Source of the DNA: a plasmid
Sequence record: NZ_CP137560.1
Reading direction: 5' to 3' (one strand)
DNA: 64,000 nucleotides
Of the stretch, positions 19,612 to 29,529 are shown one piece after another. The notes under the pieces were generated by a model that searched no databases, was not told where the DNA came from, and saw only the letters and a program-made list of their open reading frames with translations. The translations under genes were made by a program, and so were the position numbers. The number at the start of each line of letters is the position of its first letter. Positions within the stretch are counted from its first letter, which is position 1.

Positions 19612-20571
19612 TTAGCAGGTTTGACGATTTAACTGCTGACGCATATTCACTATGGTCTGAACCAGTGGAAGGTCTATCTTCCTGTCATTAAGTAGGGATT
19701 CCTTAAATATGTCTGAACAAACCATCTTGATTTCGGCATGACTCATGCCATCAAACAAGGGCTCTACAGATGAGAAATCCAAGTCCTTTGCAGTATAGAG
19801 ATATTCACGAAGCAATGCTAATCGCTGTTCTCTATCTGGCAATTTATACTCTATGACATCATCAAAACGCCTAAACATGGCTTTATCTATGGATTCTATG
19901 CTATTGGTGGCAGCTATGATAAAACTGTCAGAATCATCTCGCTCCAACAGTTGTAGGAACGTATTGAGTATTCTTCGCTGTTCGCCAACTTCGTTGTCCA
20001 TTCCTCGCCGAGAACCGATGGCGTCAAATTCGTCAAACAGATATACTGCTGGTACTTCATTGATAAAATCAAAGATTCTACCTAGCTTCTGACCTGTTTC
20101 CCCCATGAACTTGGTCACAACTTTTTCAGTTCGCACAACAAAGAACGGCAAATTGAATTCTTTTGCAAGGGCACTGGCTGTCATCGTCTTTCCTGTTCCC
20201 GATGCTCCATACAATAGGAGCTTTCGGCGATTTGCCAATCCGTACTTACTTAGAGTTTCTTTCTTTAGATACTCTTTGATGACTCTGTCCAGTTTCTCTT
20301 TCAACTCCTGACTGAGTACCAGACTTGTCAAGTCATCATAGGTATCTACTTGCAGCAGCAAGTCATCTATATCCTTGTTTTTAGACACCAAACGTACCGT
20401 ACCCAAGGATGTTTTCTTTTGGTTGAGCAATTCTTGTATGGTACGTGCTACTATGGCATGACCACTCCTTGCCTCCACAGCGGAAATCTGCAGGGCAACC
20501 TTTCTGAATTGCGTATCATCGTTGTTCTGATGATTTCGTATCAGAGATAATATTTGATCAGCTGTAGCCAT
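19612..20571 (-). CDS. AAA-family ATPase (classic clade)
   Basis: Walker A GASGTGKT, Walker B YLFDEFD, arginine-finger region; 14 bp upstream of the S8 gene, so an operon. Confidence 0.85.
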   Translation of the reverse strand: MATADQILSLIRNHQNNDDTQFRKVALQISAVEARSGHAIVARTIQELLNQKKTSLGTVRLVSKNKDIDDLLLQVDTYDDLTSLVLSQELKEKLDRVIKEYLKKETLSKYGLANRRKLLLYGASGTGKTMTASALAKEFNLPFFVVRTEKVVTKFMGETGQKLGRIFDFINEVPAVYLFDEFDAIGSRRGMDNEVGEQRRILNTFLQLLERDDSDSFIIAATNSIESIDKAMFRRFDDVIEYKLPDREQRLALLREYLYTAKDLDFSSVEPLFDGMSHAEIKMVCSDIFKESLLNDRKIDLPLVQTIVNMRQQLNRQTC

Positions 20572-21070
20572 TTTTCTGTTTATTTACATTTTTTGCTTTG
20601 CAAAAATATGATTTTTTTTCCAAATTCACGAATTTTCACCTTACAAGGGACGTATATTTACGTTTTTTTATTACGTTTGTTGCAATTTTATTACAAATAG
20701 GCGCAATTTTGCTATATTTAGATGGGGTAGGTTATAACGATAAATGCAGCCTTTTCTGACTGCATTATATAAATCATTTGTGCCAACAGCTATATCACTG
20801 CCAAAAAATAAGAGAGTGGAATGCATCACAGAATTGATTGAAATGTTCAATCTCCCTTTTACTTGTAGGGATGGCTTTCTTATCCTTACAAGAACATCTT
20901 CAAAACATCCGTTGCAGGAAAAAAAAGGAGCAAGATAAAAAATCATGACCGACCTTGATGGGAAAAGCTATAGATGGTATCAATCATATGACGATAACTT
21001 AGGAGAAGATCTATATTTACTGATAGTAAAGTGGTTTGATAAGAAATGAGGTTGGTCTAGTTATGACTTC

Positions 21071-21646
21071 TCATTTCTTATTTCTAAGTTCATTAAACTG
21101 TGAGACATTGTAAAACTCCGTAAAGGCACCTCCCTTGCTTTGGTTTCCACAAGAATGAGCATGGCCAAAGACATGGAAACGAGGTTGAGAGCGATAAACC
21201 TCTAACAGTAGAGGAAGGCTTCCCCTACCCTCGTCAAGTATGCCTTCCGGTGGAATATGGGTAATCAAGAAGTCCATTTTGGTAGCAGATTGGACATTTT
21301 GCTCCTTACTTTGCAAGCTTCGCATGGATATATTCCCAAAACTTATCCCATCAAACTCAAAGGTGGAGTCATGAAGGAAAACTACTTTTTTAGGTAAAAG
21401 CGAAATTGTCTGCTCTAAGCAGTCTTCCAAGAACAGCTCATGATTACCTGCGACAAAAATATAAAGTTTGGCAGGATGGCTTAACAACCAGGAAAAGAAG
21501 TTCTCCATGCCATCCTTGCCAAAGTCAGACACTACATCGCCAGCACAAAGCAGGATGTCTGCTTCTTCAGGGATATGAAGCCGCTTGTGCATTCCATGAG
21601 AGTCAGAGAATGCAAAAATCCGATGTTCCTTATAGTTAAATAGCAT
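21071..21646 (-). CDS. Calcineurin-like metallophosphoesterase
   Basis: Motifs D-x-H (FSDSHG), GDxxD (AGDVVSD) and GNHE (AGNHELF). Confidence 0.8.
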   Translation of the reverse strand: MLFNYKEHRIFAFSDSHGMHKRLHIPEEADILLCAGDVVSDFGKDGMENFFSWLLSHPAKLYIFVAGNHELFLEDCLEQTISLLPKKVVFLHDSTFEFDGISFGNISMRSLQSKEQNVQSATKMDFLITHIPPEGILDEGRGSLPLLLEVYRSQPRFHVFGHAHSCGNQSKGGAFTEFYNVSQFNELRNKK

Positions 21647-21664
21647 TGATCTAATCTTATAAAG

Positions 21665-22198
21665 TTAATACTTCAATGGTGAATCTGGGCAGAATCTCTT
21701 CCGTCCGCATTTTTTGCATTGGCTTCCATTCCATACGAAGTCAAACTGGTTGATGGCTTGCTCCACAAAGGAAGGGGCATTGGTCAGGACACCGGCCTCG
21801 AAATTTCTGTTTCTCTCCCCCTTCATGCCGAGGCCTGCACCTGTGAGGTTGGCTGACCCAACATAGGCAGTCTCCAAGTCAAAGATGACCATCTTGAAAT
21901 GTACCCTTGGGCACAAGACTCTCTCCAATCGTTTGGCAAGAATCGAATAATCATCAAAGTCCTTGCGGAAATTAGGGCCAGGCTCCTTGGCATGGATTAA
22001 CCGAACCTCCACTCCACGCTCAATTAATCGAGAGATGACTTTGAGAAAGGGAACGGTCATGGAACTGCTTTTTACATACAAATCCTTGATGTCTGCAGTC
22101 CCTATCCAAAGATGATGTTTCACGTTCGCTATCTTGGCGATGACATCAGTATAGTGGGCACCATTGCTTATGTATTTATAATACGTAGTTTCTGACAT
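21665..22198 (-). CDS. Phospholipase-D-family (HKD) nuclease, Nuc-like, with C-terminal Cys cluster
   Basis: Perfect HKD motif HFKMVIFDLETAYVGSAN; 177 aa single-HKD architecture; C-terminal CKKCGRKRFC. Confidence 0.8.
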   Translation of the reverse strand: MSETTYYKYISNGAHYTDVIAKIANVKHHLWIGTADIKDLYVKSSSMTVPFLKVISRLIERGVEVRLIHAKEPGPNFRKDFDDYSILAKRLERVLCPRVHFKMVIFDLETAYVGSANLTGAGLGMKGERNRNFEAGVLTNAPSFVEQAINQFDFVWNGSQCKKCGRKRFCPDSPLKY

Positions 22199-22235
22199 TT
22201 TATTTCATTTTTTAAGTGATACGAAACCTGTTTCC

Positions 22236-22640
22236 TTATTTTTCCTGGAACACTTTATAAACATCAAACCATAAACCATGCAACATGTCAAGCAGTTTGA
22301 TTTTATCATCTGAAGATATGGGTAAGCCGGCAATGTCCTCTGGCTCGAAGCTGACGGATGAGACTTCATTTTTTAGCTCTAGTAAGAGCATATCCATTCG
22401 TTTCTCCAAGTATTGTTTCAACCAAGAGAGTTCGTCAAAATCACAAGTTGGAATTTTGATGTTTGATACACATTTTTGTTTCTTATCACCTGTCACTGAG
22501 TACAAATTCGCAAACCATATATCGCCAAAGCCAACACTCAAACTGAGTTCTATGCTATATGTCTTTCCCATATAGGAAAAAACAGTCTCACTTTGAGCTT
22601 CATCACCTGTGTCAAAGTCAACCCATTGATTCATCTTCAT
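22236..22640 (-). CDS. Hypothetical protein (operon partner of the PLD nuclease)
   Basis: 134-aa ORF, 38 bp upstream of the PLD gene, overlaps the next upstream ORF by 23 nt. Confidence 0.5.
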   Translation of the reverse strand: MKMNQWVDFDTGDEAQSETVFSYMGKTYSIELSLSVGFGDIWFANLYSVTGDKKQKCVSNIKIPTCDFDELSWLKQYLEKRMDMLLLELKNEVSSVSFEPEDIAGLPISSDDKIKLLDMLHGLWFDVYKVFQEK

Positions 22641-22938
22641 ATGCTTGAATGATTAACAATAGTTGTTCTTCACTTGTGCCCAATGTCTCCTGTACAAGAT
22701 CCACCTTTATTCTGTCCATAAATGATTGTGACACAGACATAAGTTGAACCAGTTCTCCCATCAGCAAAGGATATTTTACAGAGGTGACGATTCGCATAGA
22801 CACCTTATTATATTTTGCCCAATCCACCAGGGTGTATTGCCTAAAAGACCGGCAGATAGCCTCTGCCCTGCTTTCTCCTTTCATTGGAAAGGAATAGATA
22901 CGGCGTTTTACCGATATTCCGTGTTTAGTTTGTTCCAT
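22618..22938 (-). CDS. Hypothetical protein (first gene of the PLD/metallophosphoesterase operon)
   Basis: 106-aa ORF with a translationally coupled overlap onto the downstream gene. Confidence 0.45.
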   Translation of the reverse strand: MEQTKHGISVKRRIYSFPMKGESRAEAICRSFRQYTLVDWAKYNKVSMRIVTSVKYPLLMGELVQLMSVSQSFMDRIKVDLVQETLGTSEEQLLLIIQAYEDESMG

Positions 22939-23053
22939 TATTTCTTATTACTTTATATCTATGACACAAAGGTAGTCTGAAAATGGGAAAAATTACTGCA
23001 CACCTGAAAAATATTTTAGGTGTGACAACATTTTACACAGGAAATATTTACCT

Positions 23054-24622
23054 TTGCCACAAAATAAATATACAATGGAAAAGAAAGAGATAAAGCTACA
23101 AATGAAGGAACTCATCAAACTGATGAGTAAAGGAGTATGGGAAAAAGAGGACATCTTCTCCTTGACCTTGCTTAGCAGCATTGCTGGCGAAAGCATATTC
23201 TTGCTGGGGCCTCCCGGAACTGGCAAAAGTATGATTGCCAGAAGGCTCAAGGAAGTATTCGCCGAAAAGAAACAATTTGAATACTTGATGTCGCGTTTCT
23301 CTACCCCAGACGAGATCTTTGGACCAGTTTCCATATCCAAACTGAAAGACGAGGATACTTATGAAAGAAGAACTGAAGGGTATCTTCCATGGGCAAATGT
23401 GGTGTTTCTGGATGAAATCTGGAAAGCGGGACCTTCCATTCAAAATGCCTTGCTGACAGCCATCAATGAGAAAATCTACCAAAACGGAAATGAGACCATC
23501 AAGCTTCCTATGAAAGCACTCATTGCTGCATCCAATGAGTTACCTAAAGAGGATGAAGGGTTGGAAGCCCTTTGGGATAGATTCATATTACGAGTTGTCT
23601 CTAACCCCATAGCCAATGAACGTACATTCTACAAGATGCTAAAGGGGAAGAACAAGAGTAAAGTTGTCATTCCTGCCGAACTTCTCATAACAGACGAGCA
23701 ATACACACAAATCCTTGAAGAGGTGGAAGATATCGATATTCCTGACAATATACTCAAGGATATCACATTCATTCGCAAGAAGCTAAAAGAGACCGAGTCA
23801 CAGGATGAAGCCGCGAGTCCTCTAGACTATTATATATCAGACAGAAGATGGAAGAAAGCAGTACATCTGCTGCAAACATCGGCATTTCTAAATGGAAGAA
23901 AGGAGATAGACCTAACCGATCTTCCCATACTCTATCATGTGCTATGGAACAAGGTAGAGACCATTGAACCTGTCATGAAAATCGTTACAGAGTCATTATT
24001 CTGGAACATTGAGAATAAATGCTCAGTTGTGGAGAAAGAGTATGAAAAAGGGTTGAAAACGAAAGGCAATGCATTGGCAAACAGTAAAATAGCCAATATC
24101 AATTCTGAAGATTTCAACATCTATTTCTACTTCTATACCAAGCTTATGGGCACAAACTGGGGAGACACCTACTTCTTTCTCCAAGATTATGGATACCTGC
24201 TGATGGACATCGAGACGAAGGGTGTGCTCTATTTTGATAAGGATAAGAATGGATGGATTATCAGGAGAGTTCCTCAAGGTCCCTTCTCATCCAAGAAGTA
24301 TCCACAGCACCAAATCGTCAGTTTGAGAAGGGCGCAAGGTGGAATTATCGTAAATAATGCACTCTACATGATGGAACCATCAAAGATGGCTAGCAAGCCC
24401 ATTTTCCCTCCTACAGGGCAACAAAACTTGTTTTCTGAAGGAGACACACATCTCATTGAGGAGATGCAAAAAATAGGCAATGAACTTAACCAAAAGATGA
24501 GGTTGCTGGAAAAGGAAAATCTATTTGTGTCTTCAACTGACTTGAAGGTCATCCAAAAGTATGCCGACAACTTGCGAAAGAAATGTGAGGCGTTGGAAAT
24601 GAAGATAAAAACTAGCATATAA
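23054..24622 (+). CDS. MoxR/RavA-class AAA+ ATPase
   Basis: Walker A GPPGTGKS; MoxR-type Walker B/sensor block VVFLDEIWKAGPSIQNALLTAINEKIY. Confidence 0.85.
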   Translation: MPQNKYTMEKKEIKLQMKELIKLMSKGVWEKEDIFSLTLLSSIAGESIFLLGPPGTGKSMIARRLKEVFAEKKQFEYLMSRFSTPDEIFGPVSISKLKDEDTYERRTEGYLPWANVVFLDEIWKAGPSIQNALLTAINEKIYQNGNETIKLPMKALIAASNELPKEDEGLEALWDRFILRVVSNPIANERTFYKMLKGKNKSKVVIPAELLITDEQYTQILEEVEDIDIPDNILKDITFIRKKLKETESQDEAASPLDYYISDRRWKKAVHLLQTSAFLNGRKEIDLTDLPILYHVLWNKVETIEPVMKIVTESLFWNIENKCSVVEKEYEKGLKTKGNALANSKIANINSEDFNIYFYFYTKLMGTNWGDTYFFLQDYGYLLMDIETKGVLYFDKDKNGWIIRRVPQGPFSSKKYPQHQIVSLRRAQGGIIVNNALYMMEPSKMASKPIFPPTGQQNLFSEGDTHLIEEMQKIGNELNQKMRLLEKENLFVSSTDLKVIQKYADNLRKKCEALEMKIKTSI

Positions 24623-24630
24623 TTTTTAAT

Positions 24631-25977
24631 ATGGAAGATATAGACAAACGGATTGACGAATATTCTGGGCTTTTTGACCTCTACATCGAGGGGAAGCCCA
24701 TTCCTCCAGAGTACAAGGATGATCCTGTGGCAGGGTATATAGAAGAAATCTGCCAAGACTCAGGAAACAAGGAACTTTGCAGAAAAGAAGAGACATGGAA
24801 AGAAATTTTCAGAAAGGAAATTATTTCCATGTTGGAGGGTATATTGCCTGTCGTTTCCACAATAGAGAGGGAATATGAGGAAGAAATGAAGATATTATCC
24901 CACTTCTTTGCATCCAACATAGAGCAAAAACGCCTGGCATGGAACGGTATCGCCAAGCACTTGCACGATACTTTCGACTGCAGCATGTTCAATATACATG
25001 GATATATCCAGGAATTTGGAAAAAAACAGAAAACTACTGACGAAATTTTTGATGCCATGGAAGCTAATTGGAAAGAGGCTAGCAAGAAGAGGAAAGACCA
25101 GAAGATTGCGCAAGTACTTTCCAATAGTATGCAAAAAATTGAGCAAGAAATCATAACCTGTGGTGACATAGACTACAAGAAGGAACAGAAGAAGGCTCGT
25201 TTCTTCCACAAGTACCCTCAACTAAAGGAGATAGCCAAGAAGATGGGAAGGGAAAAAGAGAGAAGTGAAGAAATGGATGATGCCACCATGACTAGATACA
25301 TTCCTATATTACTCAAGCATTCCCATGACAGGCAAGACATAGATGGCGTATCCTTGGGAAATGACCTGGATAGCTTGCTTCCCACGGAGATTGCCATGAT
25401 GGACTCTCCCACCTTTTATGCAAAGTTTGCAAAAAGACAGCTGCAGCAATTTTCCTCAAAGGCTGCACAGAACAAGCGTGAAAAATCAACGGTTCATTAT
25501 AAGAAGCCTCGCCTTCTGCAAGGCCCCATGATTATTTGTATTGATACAAGTGGATCCATGAGTGGTAGACCTTTGGAAATCGCAAAGTCTCTATTGCAGC
25601 AACTCGCGGCTATAGCGAAAAAGGAAAAGAGAAGCTGTTTTCTCATCTCGTTCTCTATCAGAACAAAGACCTTGGACTTGGCAAGACCCAGTAATTATTA
25701 TAAGATAGATAAATTCTTCAAGGGCAGCTTTTCCGGGGGTACTAATGGGGAAAAAATGCTAATGGAAATTTTCAAGATGCTCGATTCTGAAAAATATTCC
25801 ATGGCCGATGCACTTATCATCAGCGACTTCTGTTTTCCTCTTCCTATAAAAAAAACAATGCAGAGACTGAAGGAAGAACAAGAAAAAGGAACTCGTCTCT
25901 ACGGACTTAATGTCCAAAGAAGAAATCCATACGCAAAGGACTACAAGGAAATTTTAGATAAGATGTGGAACTTATGA
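24631..25977 (+). CDS. VWA-domain protein (ViaA-like partner of the MoxR ATPase)
   Basis: C-terminal von Willebrand A domain with MIDAS D-x-S-x-S (ICIDTSGSMSG); 8 bp after the ATPase gene. Confidence 0.8.
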   Translation: MEDIDKRIDEYSGLFDLYIEGKPIPPEYKDDPVAGYIEEICQDSGNKELCRKEETWKEIFRKEIISMLEGILPVVSTIEREYEEEMKILSHFFASNIEQKRLAWNGIAKHLHDTFDCSMFNIHGYIQEFGKKQKTTDEIFDAMEANWKEASKKRKDQKIAQVLSNSMQKIEQEIITCGDIDYKKEQKKARFFHKYPQLKEIAKKMGREKERSEEMDDATMTRYIPILLKHSHDRQDIDGVSLGNDLDSLLPTEIAMMDSPTFYAKFAKRQLQQFSSKAAQNKREKSTVHYKKPRLLQGPMIICIDTSGSMSGRPLEIAKSLLQQLAAIAKKEKRSCFLISFSIRTKTLDLARPSNYYKIDKFFKGSFSGGTNGEKMLMEIFKMLDSEKYSMADALIISDFCFPLPIKKTMQRLKEEQEKGTRLYGLNVQRRNPYAKDYKEILDKMWNL

Positions 25978-26585
25978 CGACAAAATATACAATCAACCCT
26001 TCGCTCAGGTTATGCACATGGTGCCTTGTAGTAGGATGGCATGAGGTGAAAGACTCACTCTTGCAATCCGAAAGCATTTTTTCATGTGAAGGAAGAAGTA
26101 TCTATACCAAAGGAGACCGATGTATGATTATGGCGCAAGTAAACGAAAAGAGAATTGATTTTTATTACTGCCATGACACAAAATTCGACAACAGAAACAT
26201 TCAAAGTTGGCTAAGAAATATCATTAAGAATAAGATTCTAGACCTGGCAAACATTGAACTCCCCAAGAGATTGCATTATTGGGAAAAGGAGAAAAATCTA
26301 TATGCAAGACAAGTCATCATAAAAAAATTGAAGAGAAGGAACATATGGGGGCAATGTTCCATCTATAAACAGATTTTCTTGCCGCCAAAGATTGTGGTTT
26401 TCCCATTGGAATTGATTGACGAGATTATCCTACATGAAATGAGTCATCTCAAATTTATGCATCATAGGAAACAATTTTGGGAGTACTTTAGTTTCCTGCT
26501 AGGTAGAGATGCCAAACTATGCAAAATGAAGGAAAGTGTATTTTTCGCCAAATACGACGAAATGATAGAGTTCTTACTAAAATAA
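25965..26585 (+). CDS. DUF45/YgjP-like HExxH metal-dependent hydrolase
   Basis: HEMSHLKFMHHRKQFWEYF matches the YgjP/SprT-like H-E-x-x-H…H…FW signature; overlaps the VWA gene by 13 nt. Confidence 0.7.
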   Translation: MELMTTKYTINPSLRLCTWCLVVGWHEVKDSLLQSESIFSCEGRSIYTKGDRCMIMAQVNEKRIDFYYCHDTKFDNRNIQSWLRNIIKNKILDLANIELPKRLHYWEKEKNLYARQVIIKKLKRRNIWGQCSIYKQIFLPPKIVVFPLELIDEIILHEMSHLKFMHHRKQFWEYFSFLLGRDAKLCKMKESVFFAKYDEMIEFLLK

Positions 26586-26654
26586 TTGGCAACTGTGCAA
26601 CATTATTTCTCACTTTTTCATTATCTTTGTGCCAAAATTTAAAAGTTATAGAAT

Positions 26655-27560
26655 ATGGCTATCAATCAATTGAACAAATATGTCTGGCTCGTAGAGACCA
26701 TTCATCGAGCAAGGAACCGGGGTGGCATCACCTTGAAGGAGATTCAAAGCAGATGGTTGGATTCTGACATTAGTGAAGGAACGGAACTTTCTCGCCGTAC
26801 CTTCATCAATAATCTCCATGCCATCGAGGAACTGTTTGAGATTAATATCGAATGCGGCAGCGGATTCCGCTATCACATTGAGTATGGTGACTGTTTCGAG
26901 GAAGGAAGCGCCAGGAACTGGTTGCTCAACGCCTTCTCGCTCAATGCTATGGTAGGTAACAGCCGCAAGCTCAAGGAGAGGGTTCTCCTGGAGGACATGC
27001 CATCTGGCAGGAACTTCCTGGAGGATATCATCAAGGCGATGCGCGACAACCACGTCATATTCATCTCTTACTACAGTTACTATAACGAAAAGTATTATGA
27101 GTTTGACATCCATCCTTATTTCGTGAAGGCTTTCAAGAAACGTTGGTATGTGGTCGCATATAGTCCTGGCACGAACGATATCCGTTGCTATGCACTTGAC
27201 CGTATGGAGAATGTCATCATCTCCGAGGAAGTGTTCAAGATGCCTAAGAATCTGGAACCAGCTGAATACTTCAAGGATTGCTTTGGCATCATCAATAACA
27301 AGGATTCCGAAGTTCAAAAGGTAGTGCTAAAGGTTGATGCCTTCCAGAGTAACTACATACGCAATCTTCCTCTCCATGAGTCGCAAAAGGAAGCAGAGCG
27401 AACAGAAGAATACTCCATCTTTGAGTATCACTTGAAACCAGAATTTGATTTTGAACAGGAGATTTTCTCTAACATGGATACCGTGGAGGTGTTGGAACCT
27501 CTATGGCTAAGAGAAGAGGTGAAGGAAAGAATAAAAAATCTTGCAAGTAAGTATCTTTGA
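26655..27560 (+). CDS. WYL-domain transcriptional regulator (N-terminal HTH + WYL)
   Basis: WYL core KKRWYVVAYSPGTNDIRCYALDRM; 301 aa is a typical size. Confidence 0.8.
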   Translation: MAINQLNKYVWLVETIHRARNRGGITLKEIQSRWLDSDISEGTELSRRTFINNLHAIEELFEINIECGSGFRYHIEYGDCFEEGSARNWLLNAFSLNAMVGNSRKLKERVLLEDMPSGRNFLEDIIKAMRDNHVIFISYYSYYNEKYYEFDIHPYFVKAFKKRWYVVAYSPGTNDIRCYALDRMENVIISEEVFKMPKNLEPAEYFKDCFGIINNKDSEVQKVVLKVDAFQSNYIRNLPLHESQKEAERTEEYSIFEYHLKPEFDFEQEIFSNMDTVEVLEPLWLREEVKERIKNLASKYL

Positions 27561-27593
27561 AAGGCAACCCATCAATGTTCTTTTGTCAAGGGA

Positions 27594-28799
27594 CTAAATA
27601 TCCAGTCCCTTGACACAATCTATAGCTTCGTCAAACATTCTTGAGAAATCATTTAAAGTTTTACCGTTCAGCAAGTCTTTTATCCCAGAGGCATTATCCC
27701 AATATTGATTTCCATTAAAAATCTTCCAAATCCAATATTGGTCACTTTGGGAGGAATAATTCTTTTGAACATTTTCCCAGTCTTTTACATCTTCACGCTT
27801 GACTCCAGTTTTTGTGCGAAAGCCAAAGTATGGATCTCTCATTCCTCCGCAATTAAATCCAAATGCAAGTCTAAGATACTTCCAATGGTGATTATAAAAT
27901 GATGCTACTACATCCGATTTTTTCATCCAATTCTCTGTACAATCATCTCCCATAATCAACCCTTTGCTTTCTGCTAAATCCCTTAATTTAGGAATAAACA
28001 CTTCTTTTATAAATCTGTTTACAACAATATTTTTATTGTTTGCAATATCATAAATTGCATCTAAATTTTCTTCTTTACATAGAATATCTAATAGGTCCTT
28101 ATTATCTTCCATAACGTTATTTGTTAATATGTCAATAGTACTAATATATTGATTGATAGTTTCTCTCACGAGCGGAGTTCTTGAAGCCAACTCCACGCAA
28201 CGATCAAGCCATCCTCTAATATCACTCTTATAGGATAGGCAAACTATATCATTTTCCTTTAAGTCTTCACCCAAAGATTCTTTTGAAGGAGAGCAACCAT
28301 CCAATGTCAAGTAAATCAATACAAATGATTTTTCCGTATCGTCTCCTTTTTGTGACATTCCATAATTCCAGTATCTTAGCATCTGATGATATTGGTCAAC
28401 TGCATAGATTTTATTTTCTATGATAATACTATGCTTGCCATCAGTAAGATAAATATCTATTCTGCCGCCTTCACTATCAGTTTGCCTACCTATATATTTC
28501 TCTACTTCTACAGAAGCGATAGTCGTGTCTATTTCTAAACTATCTGCAGATATTGCAGGAAATGTTTTTTGCAGCATTTTCAAAAATGCCTCAAGGAATT
28601 TGCCTCTTTGTCCGTGACTTCCTTTTGGATTCAGCAGGTTTGCCAAAAACATAGAGTGTAGATGGACTTCATCTGACATGAAGCCCAAATCATTGAAAAT
28701 ATTATAATTTTCACCACGCTCAAACTTTTCTTTTCTTTGTTCTTTTATTTTTCGTGAAACTATTCGAACTTGGTTTAGAATATTGATTATATCATTCAT
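27594..28799 (-). CDS. PD-(D/E)xK nuclease-superfamily protein
   Basis: GRIDIYL…IIIENKIYA gives the D…E-x-K catalytic arrangement; last gene of the AAA-HAD operon. Confidence 0.55.
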   Translation of the reverse strand: MNDIINILNQVRIVSRKIKEQRKEKFERGENYNIFNDLGFMSDEVHLHSMFLANLLNPKGSHGQRGKFLEAFLKMLQKTFPAISADSLEIDTTIASVEVEKYIGRQTDSEGGRIDIYLTDGKHSIIIENKIYAVDQYHQMLRYWNYGMSQKGDDTEKSFVLIYLTLDGCSPSKESLGEDLKENDIVCLSYKSDIRGWLDRCVELASRTPLVRETINQYISTIDILTNNVMEDNKDLLDILCKEENLDAIYDIANNKNIVVNRFIKEVFIPKLRDLAESKGLIMGDDCTENWMKKSDVVASFYNHHWKYLRLAFGFNCGGMRDPYFGFRTKTGVKREDVKDWENVQKNYSSQSDQYWIWKIFNGNQYWDNASGIKDLLNGKTLNDFSRMFDEAIDCVKGLDI

Positions 28800-28863
28800 C
28801 GCATTATAAGCTATAATTGTTTACCTTAGAAACGAAATTCCATCTAATTTATTGTAGAAGTTA

Positions 28864-29505
28864 TTATTTTTGCCAATGAAAATGACTACGCAAACACTCT
28901 TTGTACATTAGGGCACGACGATTCATGTTGTTCATCTCTTTTTCTGGATACCAACAAAAATAAGCCATGAAAAGCATCACCATAAGGATATAGACCGCAA
29001 TAAATTTTAGGGCACCATAAAACCAACGTTTCATTTGACTGATCTCTTTGGTATTTAAAATTTGAATTGCTACTCTCACATCAGCCTTATCAAGACCTTT
29101 GCTACCTTCAACTTTCACCAGATGTTCTCGTTGAGAAAACAGAAAATCTTCCTCGTCATCAAGAATTATATAACGATAAGGCTCTTTGGCGTTCAATCTT
29201 AGCCATTCTGCAATCTCCAAGCCTTTACATCCATGTAAGCCTTGCCATTCCTCCACCCCATCTACATTGCTAAAGTTAACGGAATTGCAAGAAGGTGTCA
29301 AGCCTATGACTTCGCCTGGCATATGGTGTTCCTGCCACAACTTCTGTATGTACTTCATACCTTGCAATCGCCAAGTGGAAGAAATGATGATCTTGGCATC
29401 ACTTCTTTCCACCAAATGGAGCAAATTGGCTACAGCTTTCTTAGCAAATTTACCTTTTGGAGTATTGATTACTCCATCAAAATCTAAAAATATATACTTC
29501 TCCAT
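28864..29505 (-). CDS. HAD-superfamily phosphatase (HAD_SAK / polynucleotide-phosphatase-like) with C-terminal TM helix
   Basis: Motif I FLDFDGVINT (DxDGV); small cap-less HAD; 25 bp downstream of the AAA gene. Confidence 0.65.
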   Translation of the reverse strand: MEKYIFLDFDGVINTPKGKFAKKAVANLLHLVERSDAKIIISSTWRLQGMKYIQKLWQEHHMPGEVIGLTPSCNSVNFSNVDGVEEWQGLHGCKGLEIAEWLRLNAKEPYRYIILDDEEDFLFSQREHLVKVEGSKGLDKADVRVAIQILNTKEISQMKRWFYGALKFIAVYILMVMLFMAYFCWYPEKEMNNMNRRALMYKECLRSHFHWQK

Positions 29506-29529
29506 ACCTTTTTTGTTATATATCAGCCG

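Noticed and set aside
20671-20946. Small ORFs (91 aa minus, 64 aa plus) between the AAA-S8 operon and the PLD/metallophosphoesterase operon
   Set aside because: They overlap each other in the promoter or intergenic region and have no motifs. They are more likely non-coding regulatory DNA for the AAA-S8 operon.
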